IMG/VR virus record: IMGVR_UViG_3300020349_000003 | DNA length: 64,000 nt | From: a virus | Lineage: Duplodnaviria > Caudoviricetes | Strand: one strand, 5' to 3' | In this document: one piece after another, positions 1 through 10,129 of the stretch | How the letters are laid out: every line of letters begins with the position of its first letter | Numbering within the stretch: the stretch's first letter is position 1 | Program-made: the position numbers and the translations under genes | The notes under the pieces: model-generated | What the model saw: the letters and a program-made list of their open reading frames with translations, nothing else | What the model was told of the DNA's origin: nothing | The model's database searches: none

Positions 1-2412
1 AACTAGGTCAGCAACATTTAATTTACCTTCACTGTTAGTATCACCATTATCTGTATCAACTGTAAACTTATCTACTCCAGCAGCAGTTTGAATCTTGAAG
101 AACTTACCATCTGCTTTAATAGTAGTAGCATCAGATACATCTAAAGTACCAGCAATAGCAGTGTTACCAGATGCTGCTACAACATTAAACTTGTTAGAAT
201 TAATATTAAGGTTGTTAGTTATATCAACAACACCATAGAATGATGCATTACCAGTTGTTGATTGTAGTTCTACTCTAGTAGTTCCACTACCATTGTTTAA
301 TTGAAGTGTCTTAGATGCACCTTGAATAGTAAGACTGTCATTAAAACGACCTGTACCATGAGTAACAAAGTTTGTATCTATATCTACCGAACCACCGATA
401 TTAACATCATCACCTATACCAGCACCACCTGCTACTACTAAGTCTCCAGTAGTATTTGAGGTTGAGTTAGTATTAGTTGTTAGACTTAAGTTACCAGCGA
501 TGATCCCTGCATCTGTTCCAGCGAATACTTCGGAGGTATTTGTGGCATCGTAGAGGAATGTAAACGCTCCTGAATGTCCTCCAAGATCGTTGGCTGAATC
601 GTCGTAACCAAAGAATCCAACCTTTGCCGAAGCGTCGTAATATCTGAATTCAACTCCCCTATCTTTACTGTCATCTGACGCTGGAGCAGTATCACCACCA
701 AGAGTGATAATAGGATCATCCAACGTAGTAACTGTTGAATTAACTGTTGTAGTCGTTCCATCTACTTGTAAGTTTCCTCGTATAGTTACCAGTCCAGTAA
801 TATCTCTATCATCATTAGGGTCAATTAATATATCACCAGTACCACCCAAATAATTAGCTTGGAACCTTAAGTCCTCTACATGAACTTTACCATTAGCATC
901 ATTAGCAGAAATAGTAACTTTATCTTCTGCACCAATGATTACATGACTTTCACCAGAACCTAAGTTAGTTGCAAAAATACTTACTGTTCTATTAGATGCA
1001 GAACTTTGTGTGGACTGTATAGTTAAATTACCATCACCAGTCTTGTCTATAGTTTGTGCAACCGTCCCATCAAGGGTAATGTCAGGATCTGAAATGTAAG
1101 TTCTTACATTGATATCAACCTCTCCAGCACTACTGTCACCAGTATTATTAGCACCGAATAAAAGATTCCCTGAAGTATCGTTAACTTTAACATAGTTTAA
1201 ATAATTGAAACCTCTATAACCAGTTGTTGCTGTGAGTTCTTGATCTAAATCAAAGTTCTCTACTGCATTTCCATCAGCAAAACCGATACGTTTATTTTGT
1301 AATTGACTATTGTCAACAGAATTGGCAGCAATAGTAACATGACCTGTTGCTGCAACATCAAAATCTTCTTGTGCAAATGATGCGAGTCCTTTCTGCTTTG
1401 TATTAACAGCAGCTAAGTATCTCCAAGATCCAGCATCAGTAGCATCAGTGTGTGTAGGTGCTGCTTCTCCAGCAGCAATTCCTAATATTGCTTGATAGAG
1501 ATTACCACCATTAGTAATTTTATCATCACGAACATAGACAGTAGCAGCATTATATGCTAGTGCTTCAGTTCCTTCTACTGCTGTAGCAATAGGAGCATCA
1601 GCAGATGCTGTTAATCTACCATAATCATCAACCGTATAAGTGGTTGTGTTAACTGTTTGTGAACCAGCTACTGAGGTAAGTGATGCTGTATTATAATCAG
1701 CAGGAGTTACGGCAGTAGTTATTAAATCAATTGTTGGGTTTCCACTTATACCACTACCATCTGTAATAGCGATTCTTGAAGTACTACCCTGAAGAGTTCT
1801 AGTTGCCATCACATTGGCAGAAGTTCTAGCAATCAATCCAGTTGTAGTAATTCCAGCAACTGCAGCAAGATCACCATCATAAGGCATAGCAGAAGAACCT
1901 TCTACTGTACCATCTAGACCATATGCAGCAAGAGTTGTTGGTGTTGAAGCATTTGAAACTCTACCTTTAGCATCTACAGTTACCTTAGTATAAGTTCCTG
2001 TAGATGTTGATGTACCGTCATAATGAGGTAGAGTTGTAACTAATTCTAATGATGTTACTAAGTTTAAGTTAGAAGAACCATCAAAGACACCAGATCCTTG
2101 AACATCATCTGAAAGTTGAATTTGACGAGTTGAAGCAAGTCTTGTAGCAGTTGAAGCATTACCAATTAGAGTTGATGTAATTGTTGCTGCAGCGAAATTT
2201 CCGTCTGCGTCTCTTTGTACTAACGTATTTGCGGTATTGGATGTTGATTCAACTGGTCTCTCATATCTCAAAGAGTTCCATGCTGAAACACCATCACCAA
2301 TTTTAAATCGGCCAGTGTCTAATTCTATCCCTAATTCACCTTGTGCCAATGTAGGGTTTGAGTTTGCCCATTCCTGAGCACCACCTCGTCTTAACTGTAT
2401 TCTATTTGCCAT
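1..2412 (-). CDS. Tail fibre protein with Mtd_N/hyaluronidase-N-like N-terminus (runs off window start)
   Basis: Not in the ORF track because it has no stop in the window. Manual translation from ATG 2412: MANRIQLRRGGAQEWANSNPTLAQGELGIELDTGRFKIGDGVSAWNSLRY, a typical phage fibre N-terminus. The rest is Gly/Thr/Ser-rich, with a CBM5/12-like segment at ~1416-1560. Confidence 0.85.
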   Translation of the reverse strand, partial: MANRIQLRRGGAQEWANSNPTLAQGELGIELDTGRFKIGDGVSAWNSLRYERPVESTSNTANTLVQRDADGNFAAATITSTLIGNASTATRLASTRQIQLSDDVQGSGVFDGSSNLNLVTSLELVTTLPHYDGTSTSTGTYTKVTVDAKGRVSNASTPTTLAAYGLDGTVEGSSAMPYDGDLAAVAGITTTGLIARTSANVMATRTLQGSTSRIAITDGSGISGNPTIDLITTAVTPADYNTASLTSVAGSQTVNTTTYTVDDYGRLTASADAPIATAVEGTEALAYNAATVYVRDDKITNGGNLYQAILGIAAGEAAPTHTDATDAGSWRYLAAVNTKQKGLASFAQEDFDVAATGHVTIAANSVDNSQLQNKRIGFADGNAVENFDLDQELTATTGYRGFNYLNYVKVNDTSGNLLFGANNTGDSSAGEVDINVRTYISDPDITLDGTVAQTIDKTGDGNLTIQSTQSSASNRTVSIFATNLGSGESHVIIGAEDKVTISANDANGKVHVEDLRFQANYLGGTGDILIDPNDDRDITGLVTIRGNLQVDGTTTTVNSTVTTLDDPIITLGGDTAPASDDSKDRGVEFRYYDASAKVGFFGYDDSANDLGGHSGAFTFLYDATNTSEVFAGTDAGIIAGNLSLTTNTNSTSNTTGDLVVAGGAGIGDDVNIGGSVDIDTNFVTHGTGRFNDSLTIQGASKTLQLNNGSGTTRVELQSTTGNASFYGVVDITNNLNINSNKFNVVAASGNTAIAGTLDVSDATTIKADGKFFKIQTAAGVDKFTVDTDNGDTNSEGKLNVADLV

Positions 2413-2448
2413 TTTATTGGAACAACTCTATAAAACATGCTTCCAAGT

Positions 2449-2455
2449 TATTTAT
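2449..2455 (-). promoter_or_regulatory. T4-type late promoter (ATAAATA)
   Basis: cATAAATAa about 37 nt upstream of the fibre ATG. Confidence 0.65.
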
Positions 2456-2461
2456 GTCATT

Positions 2462-2487
2462 AAAAAGGGGGAACTTAATCCCCCTTT
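2462..2487 (-). terminator. Intrinsic terminator
   Basis: Minus strand AAAGGGGGA-ttaagt-TCCCCCTTTT directly after the stop of the 77-aa ORF. Confidence 0.8.
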
Positions 2488-2489
2488 CA

Positions 2490-2723
2490 TTATTCTTCAG
2501 TTGTTAGGTTATCTACCGTTGTTTCTTCCTCTGGAGGAGATTCTTGATAGTACTGAAGTGCTTCTATAGCACCTTGAAGCTTAAGTGCTATGATTTCATT
2601 TTCTTTAATCTTTTTTGCTAATTCTTCGTTCTCTTTAACAGTTTTATTAAACCGTTCTTGGAACTGTGCCAGCATCGCTTCTTGGGACACCTTTTCTACA
2701 GGTGCTGTTGCATCATCTGTCAT
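2490..2723 (-). CDS. Small acidic coiled-coil protein
   Basis: 77 aa, heptad pattern, ATGA overlap with the upstream gene. Confidence 0.75.
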   Translation of the reverse strand: MTDDATAPVEKVSQEAMLAQFQERFNKTVKENEELAKKIKENEIIALKLQGAIEALQYYQESPPEEETTVDNLTTEE

Positions 2724-2947
2724 TTTTTGTCTTGGACTAACGTTAGTAAAAGTGTTTTTATTTCACTCATTTCTGATTTTAACTCAGAAACCTCATTTTG
2801 TAAAGCTATCTGCTCACCCTTTTCCCTCTGATCAGCATAATAAGTTTTCATATACTTATCATAAGCATGCTTATCAGTAGACTCAATACATCCAGAGGTG
2901 GTGTCTTTCCACCACCCATCTTTATCTTTAATAGGTAAGTACCCCAT
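2720..2947 (-). CDS. Small hypothetical protein with C-terminal coiled coil
   Basis: 75 aa, TAATG-coupled to the VrlC-like gene. Confidence 0.75.
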   Translation of the reverse strand: MGYLPIKDKDGWWKDTTSGCIESTDKHAYDKYMKTYYADQREKGEQIALQNEVSELKSEMSEIKTLLLTLVQDKK

Positions 2948-5900
2948 TATACAGCAAGAGCGATTGCTCTTAGATCCATTATCTTAGGTATGCTAGCTTG
3001 GTTTTGAGATACAAACAATATCTTAATTTGATACTGTGTAAAGTCTAATCCACTCATTTCATAAGCGTAATCCCTATAAACTTCCTCATCGGTAGTTGCT
3101 GGAATTACTGAATCACCACCAGTAGGGAAGAATTCCCATCCTAGAGTCTCTATGTTATCAGTTGAACCTGCAGGTAGCACTCTATATAGAGGCTTGATAT
3201 GTGTATCAGGTGGTCGGGTAGCACTAAACATTAGTTTAATAGCACCAGAAGGATTTGAAAGAGTAGCAATTCTAGTAATATAAACCGCTTCATGTTCGTC
3301 ACCAACTGGTAACAAAGCAGAATTTATATTAGATGGACTGTTAATTCTATTAGATGTTAGAATTACAGACATCCTATCTGTATCAATTATAGGTGATACA
3401 TTTTCTTTCTCACTCTTAAGTGTTAGATCTAGTCGGAATGACTTAGAACCTGATAACTCAGCAGATTCATTAATCTGTGAACAAATCAATTGTGGAGCTA
3501 AGAACTCATTATAGTCATTCAATACTACATCAAAGAACTCACCTGTATTCGAGAATGAATTCTGTGCTAATGAAACACCATCGTTAATAGATGTTCCACT
3601 AATAGTATTAACCGTACCATCTATTGAAGTCTTAGGTAGTATTAGTTTTTGAACTTGTGGTGTCAAAACTTCATACTGAATATTCTGAGATGCCTCAATA
3701 GAATTACCACCAGACTTAATACCCAACTTAGCAATTGAAGTTGTTGTCAATTCATAAGAATCTAATGATGGTGCCATAATAGCAACATGAGTTTTATTCA
3801 ATTCTGTCAATGGTATACCATCTAGATTATAACACTCTACTACACTATCATCAGTATGAGTAACAGCAGTAGTTCCATCTACACCTCTTTCATAAGCAGT
3901 AATAGTTTTACCATCACCACTAACAGCAGAGTATGATATAATCTCATCGTCTATCTTAACATAACCAACGTTTGCTGTTCCAACAGTACCACCATTAATG
4001 GTTGTGTGGAATGCAGTACCATCATTAACCTGAATACTTGTATCAGCAGCAGATATAGATGATGTTAAGTATGTTGTAGATACTTCAGAAGTAATACCAG
4101 TAAGAGTTACATTGTTATCATTGTCATGCATTCCATGATTTGAATGGAATACTTTAATTCTTCTTTGTGAACTTGTATATGTTGGAGATGTTGAAGGATA
4201 TGCATCACTAACAGCACCTGTCTCAATTACGTCACCACTATAAGTTATGGCATTAACTGTTGCAGTTACAGATGATGTACCACCTGTGATAGTTTCAGTA
4301 GATGCTGTATAGTCAGTAGAAACATATTTTAAAGTTAGTGTGTTACTTCCTGGAGTCCAAGTAACAACTTCAGCAGTAGGAGTTGTTGCAGAGTTACCAG
4401 TAATTGTTTCACCAACAGTAAAGTCACCAGATGCACCTGTTACCGTCATAGTAGCAAGTGTCTTAGATGAAACTAATCTATTAGAAATAACACCACCAGT
4501 GTTAGACCCAGAAGACCATGATCCTGAGATATCATTAATTGTTAAAAGTACACCTCCAGCACTAGAAGCAACTGTCTTAATAGTACCTTCTGCTAATGTT
4601 GTCTTTTGATAAACACGAGCACCAGCACTAAATGGTAATGTAGTTGAGTTCATCACCAACTGCAATTCAGGTTGGAATGTTTGAATTCCATCAGGTTGTA
4701 ATATAATCTTACCTCTATTACCTCTATCCAATGGAGCATTATTTAAAGTAACTCTAGAAGCAACAGATGTATCAAATACTGCTCTGTTAACAATGAACTT
4801 CATATCTTCGTATTGGTCAGCAGTCCACGTTGTTGCGTTCTGTGACTTGAATAGAACACCAGCATAAGGCTGTTCAGATATAGTTCTGTCTCCAGTAATA
4901 TCCAATTCACCCATTCTAGAAATCCAAACTTTATATGTATTAGAATCTGAGAATAGAACAAAACAATGTTCTTGAGATTGAGGAATATAAACTGGAGCTC
5001 TAAATGTAAATCTAGTTGCAACAGCACCTGTCTCAGAGATCTGTACTTGTTCTGGAGTTAGTGTTGTATCAGAGAAAGGAAGAATCGTAGTTGTGGGATA
5101 TCCATTCTCCATAGTTCTAACTTGCATAGAGATAGGAATATTAACATCCTTAGTAGCAAAGTAGATATCAACTGAAGTGATAAATGTACCACCTTCTTCA
5201 TCAACCAAGAATGATTGTGCTAGTGGATCCCACCAACCAACCTGACGAGTCTCATCCCTAATAGTTGTAGTAATACTCTGACTTTGAGTTTGAGTATCTT
5301 GAGTAACCTCTGCATTTCTAATAGAGAGAATAACTTCTTGAACTGTATTCAAAGAACCAGTTGCCCTGTATTCTACTTGTGCGGCAGAATCTACAGTTCC
5401 TGGAAGTCTAGAATCATTTTCATTAGTGGTAAATCTTAATAGCCTTGTACCAGTAGACCAACGAGGGTTGGTATTAATACCAGCATCAGGTATAAACAAT
5501 GACGCTCTATACTGCCCTCTTCTATCAGAAATACATCTACGGTCTTTAACAACTGCTCTAGCACCTGAAGCACCTTGTAGCACTTCTCCAACTTGAACGT
5601 TACCAAAGTATTCACCTACAGCTTGAGCAGCAAGAGAAGTGGTATTGATGTTAATAAAGTTAGTTGTTGAAGCATATGATGATGGAAGTTCCGTATCATC
5701 ATAAGGATTATATGTGAAGTAATCATTAGGTGCAGCAACTTGTAACTTACATCCACTAGTTAAACCAGTTACAGTTTCACCTTCAACAAATGGTGTAGAG
5801 TTTGTTCTAGAGTCGGTAGTAGAATCCTTAATAACCTCAATAATCTTAGGTGTTAAATAAGCATCAACCCTCTGTCCATCAAAGAATGCGAAGAATGATG

Positions 5901-8900
5901 TTCTAGGCTTCATACGAACAACATTACAATCAATGTTCCTAGAACGAATCCAAGGAATAGATGTAGATGAAAGAACTGAATCACCAGCACTAACTCTATC
6001 AATTCTTGGAACAACTCTTGTTCTGATACCAGATCTAGTTTGATTAGTTACAGATTCGACACGTATGCCTTCCATAACAGCACGACCCCAACCACCTGGC
6101 ATTCTGTTAGGTTGTCCTGAATTCCAACGTCCTGTTCTTGTTGTCTGTTCTCCAGTCCAAGTAGTCTGCCAACTACCCCATTGTGTTGGAGCAAAACCAT
6201 TTTGGTCAACGTTAAAGCTAGCAGCAGTGGCCTCAAAATCACCTTCTAAGTTCTGTATATTTTGTGGAACTCTGTTTGTTTCAACCCAATCATCAGATGC
6301 TGGAGTTAAATCAACACGTCCAATATAAGCAAAGACGTTAAATGGGTTTACATTCTCAACTCTTGAAGCATATGGTTGTATAATTAATGCTTCCTCTTCA
6401 TAAGGTAATGTTATGATAGGACCAGTCTTCCTATAGTTCTGAGATAATGAGTCATTAACAATCAAAGAAACGTTTGTTGTATAGTGAGAAGGACGGCAAA
6501 GACCATATGTAAAGTCTAAAGAAGCAGCCCAGTCTTGTGACTTAGTAAGAGACTTAGAATGATCTGTAAAGTCATCTACAATGAATCCATTCTTTAAACG
6601 GTTCTTACCAGAGGCATCAGTTATCTCAACGTTGAATGTATCAGTCTCTAACATATTAAGAGAAGTATAATACTCAACACTACCAAGGCGTTTTTCTATA
6701 GCCCCAATATCTCTCATAGTAAATCTCTTATTATCAGACTTGATAATAGTTACATCATCAGCAGGTTCAAATCCATAAGGCTTGTGTCTTAAGACTGCTA
6801 ATTGCATACCATCTTGTAAACCTTCTGGCTCAAGAGGAATCTCTGCAGACTTACCTTTAATTATCTGGAATTCGCCATTAGGTAGTATATAAATTTTATC
6901 AATCCTTCTTAGATACCAATCAATATCACACTTAAAGTTACTATTAATTTTCGGTATATCAAATAAGGTAGCAGATGGTGTACCCGAAGTTGGGAATACT
7001 CTTGACTTAAAGTCAAATGTAGAACAGTTTACGAATGCTGGAGAAGAAACTGTTCCTGTTCCTGTATAAAGATTCTTACATCCTGGACGGAAGTCTAAGT
7101 AATCTGCTAAGAACTTATCTCCATATATTGTTACATCCTTATAATCTGTATTCAAATAAGACTGTCCACCAAAGTAATCTCCAGTAGCAGAATGACTATA
7201 ATAATCTAATACAATTTTTAATTTTCTAATTGGAACTGCAAAACCCTTTCTTCTTACTAACTTAGAAGGTCCATAGAAGAAATCAGTTTGACCATTCTCT
7301 AACACATAACGGTCTGTAATTACCTTTGAACCTTCAATGATAGATCCAACAGCATCGTTAATAATACCACTAATAGCAAGATTGTTGCTATCAATACCTT
7401 CAACTGTTTCACCAGATACAAAATTACCATCAAGATATATGATAGTTAATTTTAAAGTACTTGTATTAAAGTCAACAACCATTGCTCTTGCTTTGGATGT
7501 CTTACCTGTAACTACAGTACCAGTAGCAAAGAAAGTTGGTTCAACTAATGTAATAGATGGAACTATAGGATCATTCTCATCTAAAGATTCGTATATTGCA
7601 TGAATCTTATATCCATCCATTAACCCAAGAGAAAGTTCTCTATCTTCAATTCTTGTACCATAAAGGTTTGAATATGTTAATCCATAATTCAACTTATCTT
7701 TGTTAGAGATAGTCTTATTGACTTTCATAACAAACATCTGTTGTGCTGCTTTTGTCTTTCTAGCAGTCACGTTCTTAGAAACAGTTGCTGTTACTTTAAT
7801 AGATGTAATGTTTGTTAGGTTATCAATCTGGATAGTTGTTTTATCAGCAGAAGTAAATGATGTATATCCTAAAGCACCAGAGTTTGCTGTATCAATTGGA
7901 AGTTGATCACCAATAGGATGAGTACCATTAGTACCACCCATTACTGTTAATGTATAATTCTCATTAGTAATTGCTTCAAACTGTTCATTCTCTGGAAGAG
8001 TAATTGATACTGAATCAGACGCAACAGTCTGAGCATCAAATGTTCTTCTACAAACCATTGATTCATCAGAGATACTCTTAATGTATGGCTTAGGCATTTG
8101 ACTCAATAGAGATGAATCTAGAGTCTCATTCAGTTTAGATCTATAACGAATTAGAGTTGTATATGTACCTGCACTAGGATAGTTAGAACCTGGAGGTGTT
8201 ACATTAACTGTTTGTGCTGAGTAATCAAAAATAGTTAATGTATTACCAGAACCTAAAGCTGCTGGTGTAATGAAATCAACAGTAACATATTGTGTTGCAG
8301 AGAAGTATATTCTATCTCCTGGTCTTAGGTCAGCAGCAAAGTTTGATTGTAAACCTGTAATCTTTTCAGAACCACCAGTAGCATCATAAGTGAATGTTGC
8401 ACCCTGAACAATCTTAACATCTTCTAATCTTAGATCTGTTGTAAATTCTATTGCTTGAGTATTCTCATCTCTAGAAACTAATTGTCTTGAATCAGAGTAT
8501 TGATATACATGTGTATTACTAATTGTATCTAACAATTCACCATCAAGAAGTAATGATTCTCCTTTTTGGAAAGTACCTTCTACTTGATACAATTGTAAAT
8601 GAGCACTAGTAGTAGAAGCAATAATGTACCCTTTAGCACCTGTAGTTAAACCAGTAACTATAGAACCTTGAGGAACAGTTTTAGATGAACCTATTTGAAC
8701 TACAGTGATCATCTGTATATCAAATAGATTTAACTTATATCTATCGTCAGCATCACCAAATGTACTATTAGGATCGGTTACAAATTCACATGAAGAAATT
8801 CTAGCATAACCAATTATATTACCTTGAGCATCACCAGGAGTTGCTGTAAATTCGTCATGCAATTCTACAGTTTGGTATGCATTACTAATAGTAGAACCAG

Positions 8901-10125
8901 AAACATTAGGGAATCCATAAAGATTACTAATGTGTGAATAGTTACCTAATGTAAATCCTATATTAGTATTCTGTTGTGAATTTGTATCTCTAGGCTTCTC
9001 CAAATCAATATAAGTTGGAGCCATAGTTTTAATTCTATAACCCCTAACATATGCAGTTCCTGGACCTATCTCAATAGAATATAAATTCTCGGATGCAGTA
9101 AATCCACTACTGGTTGTTTCTCCAGCAGTATACACACCATTATTAAACCCATCATTTAGGTTATCTCTCATAGAGATCTGGAAGTCTTGTACAACATAGT
9201 CTCCAGATTCTTCATATGTTCTTAATGCTAATGATTTTTCTAACTCACCAAAAGCAGTACGGTCAACAAGTTTTTCAATCTTATCACCGTTAATACGAAG
9301 TAATTCGATGAAGTCTTTATCAGCATCATCTGTAAGTAATTTCTTAATTAAGTTGGTTGTTATTCTGAACCTGTGAGAACCAGGAGCAGCATAATTAGAT
9401 GTTCCTGCAGCGTTATCATTGAGGCTAAGGTCATCTTCTGGGGTAACAATTGACTCAAGTATTTCGAGTCCGATTCTATATTTTGGAGAGGTTCCATATT
9501 GATCAAGAAGTATATACTGATAGGGTACGTCAACAAAGAATCCTCTGATGAAATAAACACCAGGTTGCACATAAGCAACAGAACCCTTTAAAATTGAAGC
9601 AGTAGGTAGAAGTTGTGCGAATGGAGAACCAACCTCAATCAAAGTACTACCAAAGGTAATGTCAGATTCAGTGACTAATTGTTCGTTATTTGAGAAAGTA
9701 GTTTGGTTATTTGCTGTACCACCAGATTCAATATACTTTAGATATATTGTAATATAACCTTTCTCAGACTCTGTTGCAGATATACTATAAAGTACTTGTG
9801 CTTTAACACCAGAGGTTAAACCTGTAATTATTTTACCATCAAGTTGACTACGGTATGATTCTACGTCAGCACCTAAGAAACTTTCTTGGAGTAATATACA
9901 ATCAACTGATTTGTCATAACCAATCTGGCCAGGTATGACCATCGCACCATCTTTAAAATTGTACGACCCCATATTCTCAATCTGATTTTGCATAATCGAT
10001 TGAGAAGTCGTAAGTTCTCTTGCCTGTATAGGGAATCCAGGTCGGAACAGCACTCGATAAAAGTTCTTACTTTTATCAAAGTCGTCGTAATACGGTGTTA
10101 CGTTTAAATTAGTATTTTGTGCCAT
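2947..10125 (-). CDS. Large virion structural protein, VrlC/DUF4815 family
   Basis: 2392 aa; N-terminus NLNVTPYYDDFD..FYRVLFRPGFPIQARELT, plus RLKNGFIVDDF and DPLAQSF motifs; lies downstream of gp8. Confidence 0.85.
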   Translation of the reverse strand: MAQNTNLNVTPYYDDFDKSKNFYRVLFRPGFPIQARELTTSQSIMQNQIENMGSYNFKDGAMVIPGQIGYDKSVDCILLQESFLGADVESYRSQLDGKIITGLTSGVKAQVLYSISATESEKGYITIYLKYIESGGTANNQTTFSNNEQLVTESDITFGSTLIEVGSPFAQLLPTASILKGSVAYVQPGVYFIRGFFVDVPYQYILLDQYGTSPKYRIGLEILESIVTPEDDLSLNDNAAGTSNYAAPGSHRFRITTNLIKKLLTDDADKDFIELLRINGDKIEKLVDRTAFGELEKSLALRTYEESGDYVVQDFQISMRDNLNDGFNNGVYTAGETTSSGFTASENLYSIEIGPGTAYVRGYRIKTMAPTYIDLEKPRDTNSQQNTNIGFTLGNYSHISNLYGFPNVSGSTISNAYQTVELHDEFTATPGDAQGNIIGYARISSCEFVTDPNSTFGDADDRYKLNLFDIQMITVVQIGSSKTVPQGSIVTGLTTGAKGYIIASTTSAHLQLYQVEGTFQKGESLLLDGELLDTISNTHVYQYSDSRQLVSRDENTQAIEFTTDLRLEDVKIVQGATFTYDATGGSEKITGLQSNFAADLRPGDRIYFSATQYVTVDFITPAALGSGNTLTIFDYSAQTVNVTPPGSNYPSAGTYTTLIRYRSKLNETLDSSLLSQMPKPYIKSISDESMVCRRTFDAQTVASDSVSITLPENEQFEAITNENYTLTVMGGTNGTHPIGDQLPIDTANSGALGYTSFTSADKTTIQIDNLTNITSIKVTATVSKNVTARKTKAAQQMFVMKVNKTISNKDKLNYGLTYSNLYGTRIEDRELSLGLMDGYKIHAIYESLDENDPIVPSITLVEPTFFATGTVVTGKTSKARAMVVDFNTSTLKLTIIYLDGNFVSGETVEGIDSNNLAISGIINDAVGSIIEGSKVITDRYVLENGQTDFFYGPSKLVRRKGFAVPIRKLKIVLDYYSHSATGDYFGGQSYLNTDYKDVTIYGDKFLADYLDFRPGCKNLYTGTGTVSSPAFVNCSTFDFKSRVFPTSGTPSATLFDIPKINSNFKCDIDWYLRRIDKIYILPNGEFQIIKGKSAEIPLEPEGLQDGMQLAVLRHKPYGFEPADDVTIIKSDNKRFTMRDIGAIEKRLGSVEYYTSLNMLETDTFNVEITDASGKNRLKNGFIVDDFTDHSKSLTKSQDWAASLDFTYGLCRPSHYTTNVSLIVNDSLSQNYRKTGPIITLPYEEEALIIQPYASRVENVNPFNVFAYIGRVDLTPASDDWVETNRVPQNIQNLEGDFEATAASFNVDQNGFAPTQWGSWQTTWTGEQTTRTGRWNSGQPNRMPGGWGRAVMEGIRVESVTNQTRSGIRTRVVPRIDRVSAGDSVLSSTSIPWIRSRNIDCNVVRMKPRTSFFAFFDGQRVDAYLTPKIIEVIKDSTTDSRTNSTPFVEGETVTGLTSGCKLQVAAPNDYFTYNPYDDTELPSSYASTTNFININTTSLAAQAVGEYFGNVQVGEVLQGASGARAVVKDRRCISDRRGQYRASLFIPDAGINTNPRWSTGTRLLRFTTNENDSRLPGTVDSAAQVEYRATGSLNTVQEVILSIRNAEVTQDTQTQSQSITTTIRDETRQVGWWDPLAQSFLVDEEGGTFITSVDIYFATKDVNIPISMQVRTMENGYPTTTILPFSDTTLTPEQVQISETGAVATRFTFRAPVYIPQSQEHCFVLFSDSNTYKVWISRMGELDITGDRTISEQPYAGVLFKSQNATTWTADQYEDMKFIVNRAVFDTSVASRVTLNNAPLDRGNRGKIILQPDGIQTFQPELQLVMNSTTLPFSAGARVYQKTTLAEGTIKTVASSAGGVLLTINDISGSWSSGSNTGGVISNRLVSSKTLATMTVTGASGDFTVGETITGNSATTPTAEVVTWTPGSNTLTLKYVSTDYTASTETITGGTSSVTATVNAITYSGDVIETGAVSDAYPSTSPTYTSSQRRIKVFHSNHGMHDNDNNVTLTGITSEVSTTYLTSSISAADTSIQVNDGTAFHTTINGGTVGTANVGYVKIDDEIISYSAVSGDGKTITAYERGVDGTTAVTHTDDSVVECYNLDGIPLTELNKTHVAIMAPSLDSYELTTTSIAKLGIKSGGNSIEASQNIQYEVLTPQVQKLILPKTSIDGTVNTISGTSINDGVSLAQNSFSNTGEFFDVVLNDYNEFLAPQLICSQINESAELSGSKSFRLDLTLKSEKENVSPIIDTDRMSVILTSNRINSPSNINSALLPVGDEHEAVYITRIATLSNPSGAIKLMFSATRPPDTHIKPLYRVLPAGSTDNIETLGWEFFPTGGDSVIPATTDEEVYRDYAYEMSGLDFTQYQIKILFVSQNQASIPKIMDLRAIALAV

Positions 10126-10129
10126 TCGT

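Noticed and set aside
486-761. 91-aa minus-strand ORF in the track
   Set aside because: Alternative frame inside the tail-fibre gene 1-2412
2260-2412. Mtd_N-like domain hinting at a diversity-generating retroelement
   Set aside because: No reverse transcriptase or template/variable repeat pair is visible, and this domain is common in ordinary fibres
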